From NCBI GenBank assembly GCA_964564865.1, contig CAZMDA010000001.1:35939-99938 (forward strand): 64,000 bases of DNA, read 5' to 3'. The notes below the pieces were generated by a model. It saw only the letters and a list, made by a program, of their open reading frames with translations, did no database searches and was not told where the DNA came from. Below, piece after piece: positions 41,053 to 53,069 of the stretch (positions are counted from its first letter, which is position 1; every line of letters starts with the position of its first letter). Source of the DNA: an uncultured Bordetella sp. GTDB lineage: Bacteria; Pseudomonadota; Gammaproteobacteria; Burkholderiales; SG8-39. Both the position numbers and the translations under genes were made by a program.

Positions 41053-42120
41053 CTACTTCTTCGCGTCGCGCCGCTCGAGCAGCTCGGCACGGGGTTTCAG
41101 GATGTCGTCGAACTTCGATTTCGCGATCAGCACCACGTGCCCGGCCAGCGCCCTCTCGCGCGGCAGCCGCTCGTTCAGCTTCTTCAGCCGGTCCTCGGCG
41201 TCCTTGCCCTGGGGCTTGGGCTCTCCGGCGACGGCCACCTGGGCGTAGTAGTTCTCGCCCGAGAGCTTGCCCAGCCGGATGGTGTAGGTGAGGCCGTCGA
41301 AGGTGCTCGCCACCAGCGTGACGGGCTTGTCCAGGCCGCTGTCGGCGGGCTTCACCTCCGGCGGCGCGACGTCGGCGAGCTCGATGCTGTTGAGCGAATA
41401 CGAGGCCGCGTTCGCCTTGGTGACCTCCAGCTTCTCGCCCGGCCGCAGCGGCGCGAGCCGCCAGTCCGCGTTGTCGCCGGAGCGCTCGATCCGCCAGCCC
41501 TCGCCCTCGGCGGGACGGTAGTCGAGCGCCTTCACGCCCTCGGCGCCGAAGCCCGGGCGCGCGATCCAGTCGGCGCTTTTCGTGCTCGCCTGCGCGAGCG
41601 GGTCGGCGACGACGTAGACGGTCTTCTCCTCGCCCGGCAGGGCGACGAAGCGCCCGTCGCCGCGCGCGGTCTCGGGCTTCTCCGGCGGGGTCTTGAAGTA
41701 CTTGCGGCCGGCGACGAAGCGCGCCAGCGGCTTGCCGTCGGCGCCCTGGAACTCGACCGTGGTGCCGCTTTCGTCCAGCTGCAGGCGGGCGCGGTCCTTC
41801 TCGCCGATGGGCTCGACCTGCCCGATCTTGAGCTCCAGCGCCTTGAGGACGAACTCTCGTACCTTGTCGAAGTCGGCGGCGTAGCCGTTGCGCTCGGCGA
41901 TGGCCCACTGCTCGCCCTTGCGGGCGAGGGTCAGGGTCGCCTTGGGCTCGCGGATCACGATGCCCGCCACGTCGGCCGCCTTCAGGCCCTTGAGCAGCGG
42001 CTGGCCGAGGGTGCCCGAGGCGGGCGGCTTGTGCGCGTCGCCCTGCTGGCGCACCAGCAGCGCGCCGCCGCCGAGTACCGCCAGCAGCAGGACCAGGACC
42101 GCGGCGATCCTCGCGTTCAT
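41053..42120 (-). CDS. DUF4340-like membrane-anchored protein
   Basis: 355 aa with an N-terminal TM anchor. Its start overlaps the stop of the GldG-like gene, the usual DUF4340 context. Confidence 0.55.
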   Translation of the reverse strand: MNARIAAVLVLLLAVLGGGALLVRQQGDAHKPPASGTLGQPLLKGLKAADVAGIVIREPKATLTLARKGEQWAIAERNGYAADFDKVREFVLKALELKIGQVEPIGEKDRARLQLDESGTTVEFQGADGKPLARFVAGRKYFKTPPEKPETARGDGRFVALPGEEKTVYVVADPLAQASTKSADWIARPGFGAEGVKALDYRPAEGEGWRIERSGDNADWRLAPLRPGEKLEVTKANAASYSLNSIELADVAPPEVKPADSGLDKPVTLVASTFDGLTYTIRLGKLSGENYYAQVAVAGEPKPQGKDAEDRLKKLNERLPRERALAGHVVLIAKSKFDDILKPRAELLERRDAKK

Positions 42121-44024
42121 GCCGGCACCGCCTCGCGTTGGGCAGCCGCCGCGCGGCGGCTGCGGCGCAGCAGCGCCACCAGCAGCCCGGCCAGCGCCAC
42201 CAGCAGGGGCATCAGCGCGATGTTCGCCACCTTGGTCCAGAACACGAGGCTCTCGGCGTCCTGGCGCAGGTTCTTGCGCAGCTCCTTCAGCTCGGCCTGG
42301 GTGCGGGTGGCGGTCTTGCGCAGGTTCTCGATCTCCGCCTGCTGCTCCGGGGTCAGGATCTGCGCCGAGCCCTTCGCCTGCGCGGCCGGGCCGCGCGCCT
42401 TCTGCAGCTCCTGCAGCTTCTCCAGCGTCTTCTGGCGCTCGTCCTCCAGCGCCTTCAGCCGCCCGAAGTACTGCTTCTGGGCCTCGGCCTCCATCTCGCG
42501 CACCACCGTGAGCGGGCGGAACGCCGAGGCGCGGCTCTGCAGCGAGATCAGCGCATCGCCCGAGGCGACCTGCTCGACCAGGCTCTGCGCGAAGGCGAGG
42601 TTGCCGTTGGAGGGGACGATGATGCGGCGGCCGAATACTTCCTGGATGTCCACCGCGGCGCCGTCGTGCAGCATGTCGACGTCGGCCACCAGCACCACCG
42701 AGTTGTCGGCGGCGGACTGCGCAAGGTGCGCCGGGGCGGCCGGGGCGTCCTTCTTCGCGTCCTTCGCCGCCGGCGCGCCGTCCTTGGGCCGGCCCTCGGG
42801 GAACGCGCTCCTGAACTTCCCCGACAGGCGCAGCGCCAGCGGGCGCGCCTTGTCCTCGGGCTGGAAGCCCTTCAGCGCCGCCTCGCCGGACACCGTCGCC
42901 ACCACGTTGTCCACCAGCATGGAGTTGGGCGAGGACTTGACCAGCTCGGTCAGCTTGAGGCCCTCGGCCGGCTTGACCTCGAACGCCCCGCCGAAGGCAT
43001 ACAGCAGCGTCTCGATCTGGCTGGTGGAGACGTCGTCGCGGTTGAAGGCGGTGCGGTTCAGCGTCAGCACCGTCGGCGTGAGGCGGCTGCCGCCGCCGGA
43101 GGCGTAGACCACGTCGGCGATCACCTTGCCCGGGTTCATCTCCACGCCCCAGGCCTTGAACAGCTTCGGCAGGCTGGAGGTGGAGCCGCCGGCGCTCGCC
43201 CCCGGCATCGGGCTGGGCTGCTGGTCGAAGTAGGCGTAGGGGTCGACGAAGGCGACCAGCTTGCCGCCGCGCATGACGAACTGGTCGAGCACGTACTCCA
43301 CCGACTCCGGGACGTCGCGCGGGTGGATCAGCAGCAGCACGTTGATGTCCTTGTCGATGGACTCGGTCATCATGTTCACTTCCCGGACGTTGAAGTCGCG
43401 CTTCAGCTCGTTGGCGAACACCCAGGGCTCGGAACTCTGCCGCGTCATCGGGTTGAAGCGCTCGCCCAGCACCGGCAGGCCGCTCATCAGGCCGATGGTC
43501 GGGCGCTCGGCGCTGCCGACCCGGGCGATGGCGCGCGCCAGGTCGTACTCCAGCAGGCGCTCGCGCTGCGGCGAGACCGCGGCGATGACCTGCTTGCGGT
43601 CGAGCTGCGTCACCGCCACGCCGAGGTAGAACTGCTCGCCCGAGGGGAGCTGCTGCGCCTCGACGCCGTCCAGCTGGGCGGATTCCTCCTCCTCGCTGTC
43701 CGGGCGCGGGTTGTACTTCTCGATCACCAGGTTGGTGCCGGCCACCGACTTGAACTCGCGCACCATGTCGTCCACGCGCTTGGCGAAGCTGCGCAGCTGC
43801 ACCGGCATCGCCTGCTCGCCCTGCGAGACGTACAGCTTCACCTTCACCGGCGCCTGCAGCCCGCGCAGGATCTTCTTCGTGCCATCGGACAGCGTGTACA
43901 GGTTGCCGTCGGTGAGGTCGGCGCGCACCGCCGCCAGCGAGGCGAGGTAGTTGGCCGCCACCAGGATCAGGAACAGCGCCGCCAGGCCGACGGCGGAATA
44001 CAGCAGGGCTTCGTTCTTCTTCAT
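42117..44024 (-). CDS. GldG-like ABC-transporter auxiliary protein (ABC_transp_aux)
   Basis: 635 aa. N-terminal TM, RADLTDGNLYTLSDGTKKIL...VKVKLYVS motif, a C-terminal coiled-coil stretch and a terminal TM helix. Confidence 0.7.
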   Translation of the reverse strand: MKKNEALLYSAVGLAALFLILVAANYLASLAAVRADLTDGNLYTLSDGTKKILRGLQAPVKVKLYVSQGEQAMPVQLRSFAKRVDDMVREFKSVAGTNLVIEKYNPRPDSEEEESAQLDGVEAQQLPSGEQFYLGVAVTQLDRKQVIAAVSPQRERLLEYDLARAIARVGSAERPTIGLMSGLPVLGERFNPMTRQSSEPWVFANELKRDFNVREVNMMTESIDKDINVLLLIHPRDVPESVEYVLDQFVMRGGKLVAFVDPYAYFDQQPSPMPGASAGGSTSSLPKLFKAWGVEMNPGKVIADVVYASGGGSRLTPTVLTLNRTAFNRDDVSTSQIETLLYAFGGAFEVKPAEGLKLTELVKSSPNSMLVDNVVATVSGEAALKGFQPEDKARPLALRLSGKFRSAFPEGRPKDGAPAAKDAKKDAPAAPAHLAQSAADNSVVLVADVDMLHDGAAVDIQEVFGRRIIVPSNGNLAFAQSLVEQVASGDALISLQSRASAFRPLTVVREMEAEAQKQYFGRLKALEDERQKTLEKLQELQKARGPAAQAKGSAQILTPEQQAEIENLRKTATRTQAELKELRKNLRQDAESLVFWTKVANIALMPLLVALAGLLVALLRRSRRAAAAQREAVPA

Positions 44025-44034
44025 GGTTCGGTCC

Positions 44035-44769
44035 CTAGCCGGCGCGGTGGCCGCGGATGATGACCCCGGTGGCGAACAGCGCGAAGCCGATCACCGAGAG
44101 GAAGAACAGCAGGTCGCGGCTGTCGATCACGCCCTTCTGGAAGCCGTCGAAGTGCGTCATCACCGAGAACGCCGCCACGGTGTCGATGAACGCCGGGCTC
44201 GCCCAGCGCACCAGCAGGTCGGTGACCGGGTTGAAACCGGCCAGGATCAGGAACAGGCACAGCACCACCGACAGGATGAAGGCGACCACCTGGTTGCGCG
44301 TCATGGCCGAGGTCATGCAGCTCACGGCGAGGTAGGCGCCGGCCAGCATCAGGCTGCCCACGTAGCCGGTGAAGATGACGCCGTTGTCCGGGTCGCCCAG
44401 CACGTTCGCGGTGATGATCACCGGGAAGGTGAGCGCCAGCGCCAGGGCGAGGAACAGCCACGAGGCGAGGAACTTGCCGATGATCGCCTGCGCGGTGGTC
44501 ACCGGCATCGTCAGCAGCAGTTCGATGGTGCCGGCGCGGCGCTCCTCGGACCACAGGCGCATGCCCACGGCGGGCACCAGGATCAGGTACAGCCAGGGAT
44601 GCCAGGCGAAGAAGGCGCCCAGGCCGGCCTCGCCGCGCTCGAAGAACGCCCCGGCGGTGAAGGTGAAGAAGCCCGCGAGCAGCAGGAAGATGACGAGGAA
44701 CACGTACGCGACCGGGGAGGTGAAGTAGCCCCCGAGCTCGCGCTTGGCGATGGTCCAGACGAGATTCAT
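44035..44769 (-). CDS. ABC-2 type permease (GldF-like)
   Basis: 244 aa. MNLVWTIAKRELGGYFTSPVAYVFL start and six predicted TM helices. Confidence 0.75.
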   Translation of the reverse strand: MNLVWTIAKRELGGYFTSPVAYVFLVIFLLLAGFFTFTAGAFFERGEAGLGAFFAWHPWLYLILVPAVGMRLWSEERRAGTIELLLTMPVTTAQAIIGKFLASWLFLALALALTFPVIITANVLGDPDNGVIFTGYVGSLMLAGAYLAVSCMTSAMTRNQVVAFILSVVLCLFLILAGFNPVTDLLVRWASPAFIDTVAAFSVMTHFDGFQKGVIDSRDLLFFLSVIGFALFATGVIIRGHRAG

Positions 44770-44773
44770 GGCT

Positions 44774-45700
44774 CTACCCGCTCCTCTTCACGGTATCCGG
44801 CAGGGTGATGCGGCGGAACACCTCGTCCAGGTGCCCTTCCTCGGTGCGCAGCGCGTCCAGCTTCCAGCCCTCGCGGTCCGCGAGCGCCACGATCGCGCGC
44901 GTGAGTTCCGCCGAGGCGGACTTGTCCGCGGGATAGACGCGGAACGAGCCATCCAGCTTCTCCACGCGGCCCAGCGCCGCCAGCTTCTCCTCCGTCGCGC
45001 CCTGCGCGTGCAGGGTGACCGCGCCCGCCACGTCGGACATCGCGCGCAGCTCGTCCGGCGTGCCGTTGGCGACGATGCGGCCGCGGTCGATGATGATGGC
45101 GCGGCTGCAGGCGGCGTCCACCTCCTCCAGGATGTGGGTCGAGAACACCACCGCCTTGGTCCTGCCCAGTTCCCGGATCAGGTTCCTCACCTCGTGCTTC
45201 TGGTTCGGGTCCAGGCCGTCGGTGGGCTCGTCCAGCACCAGCACCTCCGGGTCGTGGATCAGGGCCTGCGCGAGGCAGGTGCGGTGCTTGTAGCCCTTGG
45301 ACAGGGTGTCGATGGACTGCTCCAGCACCGATTCCAGGAAGCAGCGCTCGACCACGCGCGCGAGCGCCTTCCTGCGCGCCGCGGCGTCCAGGCCGCGCAT
45401 CTCGGCGCAGAACTCCAGGAATCCGCGCACCGTCATGTCCGGGTAGGAGGCGGCATTCTCCGGCAGGTAGCCGACCAGGCGCTTGGCGGCGAGCGGGGAC
45501 TCGACGACGTCATGGCCGCCCACCGTCACCTTGCCCGAGCTGGGCGGGTAGAAGCCGGTGATCATGCGCATGGTGGTGGACTTGCCGGCGCCGTTGGGCC
45601 CCAGGAAGCCGAGCACCTCGCCGCGCTCGACGCTGAACGAAACCCCGTCCACCGCGCGCTTGGCGCCAAACGTCTTCACCAGATTCTCGATGCGTATCAT
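44774..45700 (-). CDS. ABC transporter ATP-binding protein (GldA-like, ABC-2 subfamily)
   Basis: ATG at 45700 (MIRIENLVKTFG). GPNGAGKST, LSKGYKHR, LVLDEPTDGLD. Confidence 0.85.
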   Translation of the reverse strand: MIRIENLVKTFGAKRAVDGVSFSVERGEVLGFLGPNGAGKSTTMRMITGFYPPSSGKVTVGGHDVVESPLAAKRLVGYLPENAASYPDMTVRGFLEFCAEMRGLDAAARRKALARVVERCFLESVLEQSIDTLSKGYKHRTCLAQALIHDPEVLVLDEPTDGLDPNQKHEVRNLIRELGRTKAVVFSTHILEEVDAACSRAIIIDRGRIVANGTPDELRAMSDVAGAVTLHAQGATEEKLAALGRVEKLDGSFRVYPADKSASAELTRAIVALADREGWKLDALRTEEGHLDEVFRRITLPDTVKRSG

Positions 45701-45840
45701 GGTATTGGGCGACCGTTGGTCGAACCGCCGGCGCAATTATGGGCAGGCCGGCGGAAGTTCAAGGGGGCGCATTATCGCCGAATTCCGGCCCGATTCGACC
45801 CCCCGGCATGGATAGAATGCTGAAAACACGGGGAGGTTCC

Positions 45841-46776
45841 ATGAAATTCGTCGTTGCATTCGTGATGGCGCTCGCCAGCTTCGGTGCTGCAGCGCAACCC
45901 AGCCTGAAAATGATGATCCCGGCCAACCCGGGGGGCGGCTGGGACCAGACCGGCCGCAACCTGGCCGCCGCGATGCAGGGCGCCAAGCTCGTCTCCGGCG
46001 TCCAGTTCGAGAACAAGGGCGGCGCCGCCGGCATCATCGGCCTGGCGCAGTTCGCCAACCAGGCCAAGGGCGATCCCAACGCCGTGATGATCGGCGGCAT
46101 GGTCATGGTGGGCGGCATCATCCTGGGCAAGTCCCAGGTGAACCTGTCGCAGGTGACCCCGATCGCGCGCCTCACCAGCGAATGGGAAATCATCGTGGTG
46201 CCGGCCAATTCGCCGCTCAAGTCCATGGCGGACCTGGTGAAGATGCTGAAGGCCGACCCGGGCAAGGTGTCCTGGGGCGGCGGCTCCGCCGGCGGCACCG
46301 ACCATATCCTGGCGGGCCTCATCGCCAAGGCGGTGGGCGTGGACGCGGCCCGGGTGAACTACGTGCCCTACAAGGGCGGCGGCGAGGCGGTCGCGGCGAT
46401 CCTGGGCGGCCATGTCACCGTGGGCGTGTCCGGCATCGGCGAGTTCGCCGAGCACGTCAAGTCCGGCAAGATGCGGGCGCTCGCGCAATCGAGCCCCGCG
46501 AAGCTGGACGGCATTCCGTCGCTCAAGGAACAGGGCGTCGACGTCGAACTGGGCAACTGGCGCGGTATCTTCGGCGCCCCCGGCATCACGCCGCAGCAGC
46601 GCGACGCGCTGGTGAAGCTGGTGAAGGACGCCACCGAGACCCCGGCCTGGAAGGCGACCCTGGACAAGATGGGCTGGACCGGCTGGTTCCTCGGCGGCGA
46701 CGACTACCGCCGGTTCATCGACGAGGACATCAAGCGCGTCTCGGCGATCATCGAGTCGCTCGGACTGAAGAAGTAG
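45841..46776 (+). CDS. tctC: tripartite tricarboxylate transporter substrate-binding protein
   Basis: ATG at 45841 after GGGGAGG. Signal peptide MKFVVAFVMALASFGAAAQ. Followed directly by tctB and tctA. Confidence 0.85.
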   Translation: MKFVVAFVMALASFGAAAQPSLKMMIPANPGGGWDQTGRNLAAAMQGAKLVSGVQFENKGGAAGIIGLAQFANQAKGDPNAVMIGGMVMVGGIILGKSQVNLSQVTPIARLTSEWEIIVVPANSPLKSMADLVKMLKADPGKVSWGGGSAGGTDHILAGLIAKAVGVDAARVNYVPYKGGGEAVAAILGGHVTVGVSGIGEFAEHVKSGKMRALAQSSPAKLDGIPSLKEQGVDVELGNWRGIFGAPGITPQQRDALVKLVKDATETPAWKATLDKMGWTGWFLGGDDYRRFIDEDIKRVSAIIESLGLKK

Positions 46777-46783
46777 CCTGGCC

Positions 46784-47284
46784 GTGCGCCGCTCGGCGGC
46801 GGAAGTCGCGCTTTCCCTCGGCGTCCTGGCGCTGGGCATCGGCGTCGCCGTGGTCACCGCCGGCCTGCCCTCCGAGGGCGGCTACGCCGGCATCGGCCCG
46901 AACTTCATTCCCGCCGTGGTGGCCGGCGGGATCATCCTGCTGGGCGCCTGGCTCGCGTTCGAGGCCTTCACCGGCGGCTGGCGCAACGCCGCCCCCGACG
47001 ATCCGGCTGCGCGCGGCGAGCACGCGTTCCACGGCGCCGGGTTCGCCTGGATCAGCGCCGGCCTGTTCGTGCACATGGCGCTCATCGGCTGGGCGGGCTT
47101 CGTGGTCGCGGGCGTGGCGCTGTTCGCCTGCGTCGCGCGCGGCTTCGGCAGCGCGCGCCCCGCGCGCGACCTCGGCATCGGCCTCGTGTTGTCGATCGCG
47201 ATCTACGCCTTCTTCGTCAAGCTGCTGAACGTCAACCTGCCGGCGGGCTGGCTCGCGCCCCTGCTGGGCAGCGCGGGGATTTGA
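46784..47284 (+). CDS. tctB: tripartite tricarboxylate transporter small membrane subunit
   Basis: 166 aa, GTG start, four TM helices, located between tctC and tctA. Confidence 0.75.
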   Translation: MRRSAAEVALSLGVLALGIGVAVVTAGLPSEGGYAGIGPNFIPAVVAGGIILLGAWLAFEAFTGGWRNAAPDDPAARGEHAFHGAGFAWISAGLFVHMALIGWAGFVVAGVALFACVARGFGSARPARDLGIGLVLSIAIYAFFVKLLNVNLPAGWLAPLLGSAGI

Positions 47285-47286
47285 GG

Positions 47287-48780
47287 ATGGAGGCCTTCCA
47301 GGCCCTGATCGCCGGGTTCGGGGTCGCCCTCAGCCCCTGGAACCTGCTGTGGGGCTTCATCGGCGTCACCGTGGGCACGCTGGTGGGCGTGCTGCCCGGC
47401 GTCGGCCCGGCACTCACGGTGGCGATGCTGCTGCCGCTCACGGTGAAGCTGGATCCCACGGGCGCGCTCATCATGTTCGCCGGCATCTACTACGGCGCCA
47501 TGTTCGGCGGCTCCACCACCACCATCCTGCTCAACACGCCCGGCGAATCGGCTTCGATCGCCACCGCGCTGGAGGGCAACCGCATGGCCAAGGCGGGCCG
47601 CGCGGGCCCCGCGCTCGCCACCGCCGCCATCGGTTCCTTCGTCGCCGGCACCATCGCCACCGTCCTGCTCACGCTGCTCGCGCCGCTGGTGGTGGAGCTC
47701 GCGCTCAAGTTCGGGCCGGCGGAGTACTTCTCGCTGATGGTGTTCGCGTTCATCACGGTGTCCGCGGTGCTGGGCACCTCCACCGTGCGCGGCCTCGCCA
47801 GCCTGTTCCTGGGCCTCTTTCTCGGCCTCATCGGCATCGACGGCCAGACCGGACAGCCGCGCTTCGCCTTCGGCGTGGGCGAGCTGCTGGACGGCGTGGA
47901 CGTGGTGGTGCTCGCCGTGGGCCTGTTCGCCGTGGGCGAGGCGCTCTATGTCGCGGCCTACCAGAGCCGGCTCACGGAGACGATGGAAAAGCTGAAGGGC
48001 TCGGTCTGGATGTCGAAGGAGGACTGGAAGCGCTCCTGGCCGGCGTGGCTGCGCGCCACCGGCATCGGCTTCCCGTTCGGCACCATCCCGGCGGGCGGCG
48101 CGGAGATCCCGACGTTCCTCTCCTACACGGTGGAGAAGAAGCTCTCGAAGCACCCGGAGGAGTTCGGCAAGGGCGCCATCGAGGGCGTCGCCGGGCCGGA
48201 GGCGGCGAACAACGCCTCGGCCACCGGCGTGCTGGTGCCGCTGCTCACGCTGGGCATCCCCACCTCCGCGACCGCCGCCATCCTGCTGGGCGCGTTCCAG
48301 AACTACGGCATCCAGCCCGGGCCGCTCCTGTTCCAGTCGCAGGCGAACCTGGTCTGGGGCCTGATCGCCAGCCTGTACGTCGGCAACGTGATGCTGCTCG
48401 TCCTCAACCTGCCGCTGATCGGCATCTGGGTGAAGGTGCTCACCATCCCGAAGGACATCCTGTACGCCGCGATCCTGGTGTTCGCCACGCTCGGCGCCTA
48501 CAGCCTGCACCAGTCCTGGGTGGACCTGCTGATGCTGTACGTGTTCGGGCTGCTCGGCTTCGCCATGCGGCGCTGGGACATCCCGGTCGGGCCGGCGGTG
48601 ATCGGCCTGATCCTGGGGCCGTTGGCCGAGACGCAGTTCCGCCGCGCGCTGTCCATCAGCCAGGGCGACGCCACGGTGTTCTTCACCCAGCCGATATCGG
48701 CCGCGTTCCTGGCCGTCACCGCGGCGCTGGTGGTGGTGCCGTGGATCGTGCGGCGGGTGCGGCGCCGGAAGGCGGGCTAG
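47287..48780 (+). CDS. tctA: tripartite tricarboxylate transporter large membrane subunit
   Basis: ATG at 47287. About 497 aa polytopic protein with GVLPGVGP and LLNTPGE motifs. Confidence 0.88.
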   Translation: MEAFQALIAGFGVALSPWNLLWGFIGVTVGTLVGVLPGVGPALTVAMLLPLTVKLDPTGALIMFAGIYYGAMFGGSTTTILLNTPGESASIATALEGNRMAKAGRAGPALATAAIGSFVAGTIATVLLTLLAPLVVELALKFGPAEYFSLMVFAFITVSAVLGTSTVRGLASLFLGLFLGLIGIDGQTGQPRFAFGVGELLDGVDVVVLAVGLFAVGEALYVAAYQSRLTETMEKLKGSVWMSKEDWKRSWPAWLRATGIGFPFGTIPAGGAEIPTFLSYTVEKKLSKHPEEFGKGAIEGVAGPEAANNASATGVLVPLLTLGIPTSATAAILLGAFQNYGIQPGPLLFQSQANLVWGLIASLYVGNVMLLVLNLPLIGIWVKVLTIPKDILYAAILVFATLGAYSLHQSWVDLLMLYVFGLLGFAMRRWDIPVGPAVIGLILGPLAETQFRRALSISQGDATVFFTQPISAAFLAVTAALVVVPWIVRRVRRRKAG

Positions 48781-49634
48781 GCGATCGCCTGCCGCCGCAT
48801 GGCCACGATCCCGCACAGGACCACGATGGTCGCGCCGACCCAGGTCCAGGTGCCGGGGATGTCGCCGTAGGCGAGGGCGCCGAGGATCGCGGCGAACACG
48901 AGCAGGAAGTAGTTGTAGGGCTGCAGTGCGCTCGCGGGCGCCGCGGCGAGCGCGCGGATGAGCATCAGGTGGGCGAGCGCCCCCATGATGCCGCCCGCCA
49001 CCAGCAGCAGCCAGCCCGTGCCGTCGGGCGCGCGCCAGTCGAACACCGCCAGCGCGCCCAGCACCGCCAGGCCGACGAGCGGCGTGTGCAGCGTGGTGAT
49101 GTCCGCGTGGTCGAGCGCGGCGACGCGGCGCGTGACGACCTGGTACAGGCCCCAGAGGAAGGTGCCCGCGACGGCGAGCCACATCGCCGGCCCGAAGCTG
49201 TCGAATGCCGGGCCGACGACGAGCGCGGCGCCCACCAGGCCGCCCGCCACCAGCACCCAGCCGATGGCGTCGACGCGCTCGCGCAGGAACGCGGCGGCGA
49301 GCGCGGTGGCGATCAGCGGCGCCGCCGCCGCGACCGCGTGCACGTCGGCGAGCGGCAGGTAGCGGAACGACAGCACGAAGCAGCTCATCTCCAGCAGCAG
49401 CACCGCCGAGCGCAGCGCCTGCCACCAGGGCGCGCGTGTCTCCAGCACCAGCCACGGCCCGCGCCGCGCCACCGCGCAGGCGATCGCCACGAACAGCACG
49501 AAGCGGATGGCCATGATCTGCGCGATGGAATAGCCCTGCGTGAGGGTCTTGTTGATGGCGTCCATGGCCGCGAACAGCGCCATGGCGGCGATCATCAGCG
49601 CGATGGCGCGCCGTCGCTGGGCCGGGTCCGTCAC
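48777..49634 (-). CDS. EamA/DMT-family transporter
   Basis: GTG at 49634 overlapping the upstream stop (GTGA). Ten TM helices arranged as two EamA repeats. Confidence 0.75.
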   Translation of the reverse strand: MTDPAQRRRAIALMIAAMALFAAMDAINKTLTQGYSIAQIMAIRFVLFVAIACAVARRGPWLVLETRAPWWQALRSAVLLLEMSCFVLSFRYLPLADVHAVAAAAPLIATALAAAFLRERVDAIGWVLVAGGLVGAALVVGPAFDSFGPAMWLAVAGTFLWGLYQVVTRRVAALDHADITTLHTPLVGLAVLGALAVFDWRAPDGTGWLLLVAGGIMGALAHLMLIRALAAAPASALQPYNYFLLVFAAILGALAYGDIPGTWTWVGATIVVLCGIVAMRRQAIA

Positions 49635-50410
49635 GCCAGGACGCGTTCGGCGAGCTGGCGCGCCGTGACGATCTCCAGGCCGCTGCGCCGCCGCGCATGC
49701 GTGAGCACGTTGCGCACGGCCGCGAAGCGCGCCTCGTCGACGCCGCTCACGAAGGCATGAATGACCACGGTGGTGGTGCCGCCCGAGGCCGCGGTGCGAT
49801 CGATGGCCTCGATCCAGCCTGCTTCGATCTCGTCCGGCGTGCGCGGCCGCACCGGGTGGCGCAGGTACTGGATGGAATCCACCATCGCCTCGCGCCAGGG
49901 GACGTGCGCGAGGCCGGGGGCGAGAAGGCCGGGCGTCACCGAGAAATTGTCCGCCTGCGGCGGCTCGGAGTCGGTATCGGAGCTGCTGTCGTACCGGTAG
50001 CCGAGACCGGGAAGGATCGCCGCCGCGTGCGCGCCGCGCACGCCGCCCGGGGCGCGGAAGCCGGCGGGGCGGATGCCGATGCGGTTGAGCGCGGCGGTGC
50101 CGTCGTGCAGCACCTGCTCGGCGCGAAGCCTGTCGAGGGCGCCGAACTTCTCGTGCACCCAGCCGTGCAGCCCGACCTCGTGGCCGCGGCGGGCGAGATC
50201 CTCGATCCGGTCGGGGTGGTGCAGGCCGTTCCAGCCCTCGATGAAGAACGTGCCCTTGAGGTCCAGCTCGTCGAGCAGCCCCAGCAGGCGGGGATAGCCG
50301 ATGGCGAGGCCGGGCTCGTTCGCGTCCGGGGCGCCGGCGCGGCCGTCGGCGATGTCCTTGGCGCGGCCCATGTTGTCGAAGGTCAGGCACAAGGTCGCGC
50401 GCGCGGGCAT
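49631..50410 (-). CDS. polysaccharide deacetylase (CE4/NodB-fold) family protein
   Basis: ATG at 50410. LTFDN, TFFIEG, GHEVGLHGWVH metal-binding motifs. Confidence 0.75.
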   Translation of the reverse strand: MPARATLCLTFDNMGRAKDIADGRAGAPDANEPGLAIGYPRLLGLLDELDLKGTFFIEGWNGLHHPDRIEDLARRGHEVGLHGWVHEKFGALDRLRAEQVLHDGTAALNRIGIRPAGFRAPGGVRGAHAAAILPGLGYRYDSSSDTDSEPPQADNFSVTPGLLAPGLAHVPWREAMVDSIQYLRHPVRPRTPDEIEAGWIEAIDRTAASGGTTTVVIHAFVSGVDEARFAAVRNVLTHARRRSGLEIVTARQLAERVLA

Positions 50411-50418
50411 GCCGAATA

Positions 50419-51204
50419 TTACTGTTTCCGCTGCTCCTGCTCCCCCTTGCGCCTCCGGTACTTGGCGAAGAACTCCGGCTGCCAGGCGCGGGCCGCGATC
50501 AGCAGCGTGATCGCCTTCCGTTCCGCGAGCGGCAGGCGGGCGTCGTCGATGCGCATCTCGGCAAAGTCGCTCGCCACGCGCTTCAGGCGCGCGAGCAGGT
50601 TCGCCACCGAGGCCCTGGACACCGCGCCGTTCACCAGCACCAGCATCTCGTGCTCGCCGCCGAAGTTGGCGCGGAAGAAGTCCTGCGACAGCTGCTGCTT
50701 GAACAGGCGCTGGATCGGGCCGTCGGGGATCCAGCTGAACGCGCGGCTGGCGAGCAGCCGGTACCGGTTGCCCGGCAGCAGCTCGATGAACTTCAGGCGG
50801 TCCAGGCGCGCGAGCAGCCGGATGCCCTCGGGCTCCGGGATGTCGTAGTCGCGCAGGATGCGCTCGAAGGGGATCTGGGCGAGGGCGCACAGCGCCACCA
50901 GCATCAGCTTCGGGTCCGCGACCAGCTGCCGTTCCTGCTCGTCGGTCAGGCGCGAGATCACCGCCTCGGGGCTGGCGACGCTGCGGGCGATCTCGGAGAA
51001 CTCGACGCCGAGCAGCTCGCAGACCTTGTCGACGCGCCCGAGGGTGAGGTCGCCGTTGGCGAACAGGCGCTTGATGCTCGCTTCGCTCATGCCCATGTGC
51101 TGCGCCACGTCGGCGTACGTGAGCCTGCGCGCGCGCAGCTCGCGCTTGAGCGCTTCCACCAGGGCGGCGGACTGGGCCATGCGGGGGACGCTAGCACCGG
51201 GCAT
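50419..51204 (-). CDS. XRE-family HTH regulator with uncharacterised C-terminal domain
   Basis: 261 aa. HTH LTYADVAQHMGMSEASIKRLFANGD. ATG at 51180 is an alternative start. Confidence 0.7.
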   Translation of the reverse strand: MPGASVPRMAQSAALVEALKRELRARRLTYADVAQHMGMSEASIKRLFANGDLTLGRVDKVCELLGVEFSEIARSVASPEAVISRLTDEQERQLVADPKLMLVALCALAQIPFERILRDYDIPEPEGIRLLARLDRLKFIELLPGNRYRLLASRAFSWIPDGPIQRLFKQQLSQDFFRANFGGEHEMLVLVNGAVSRASVANLLARLKRVASDFAEMRIDDARLPLAERKAITLLIAARAWQPEFFAKYRRRKGEQEQRKQ

Positions 51205-51248
51205 TCGCCCGGCGCAATCTATCGCGAAGGGAGATCGCTCCCGGGGAC

Positions 51249-53069
<1,821 letters not shown>

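Noticed and set aside
47203-49698. 831-aa minus-strand ORF antisense to tctA
   Set aside because: Low-complexity R/G/A/P composition with no motifs. The region is fully explained by tctA on the plus strand and the EamA gene. This is a GC-driven stop-codon desert.
51229-51242. GGGAG-ATCG-CTCCC hairpin after the typA stop, considered as a terminator
   Set aside because: The stem is only 5 bp and no U-tract follows in the direction of transcription. This is too weak to call.
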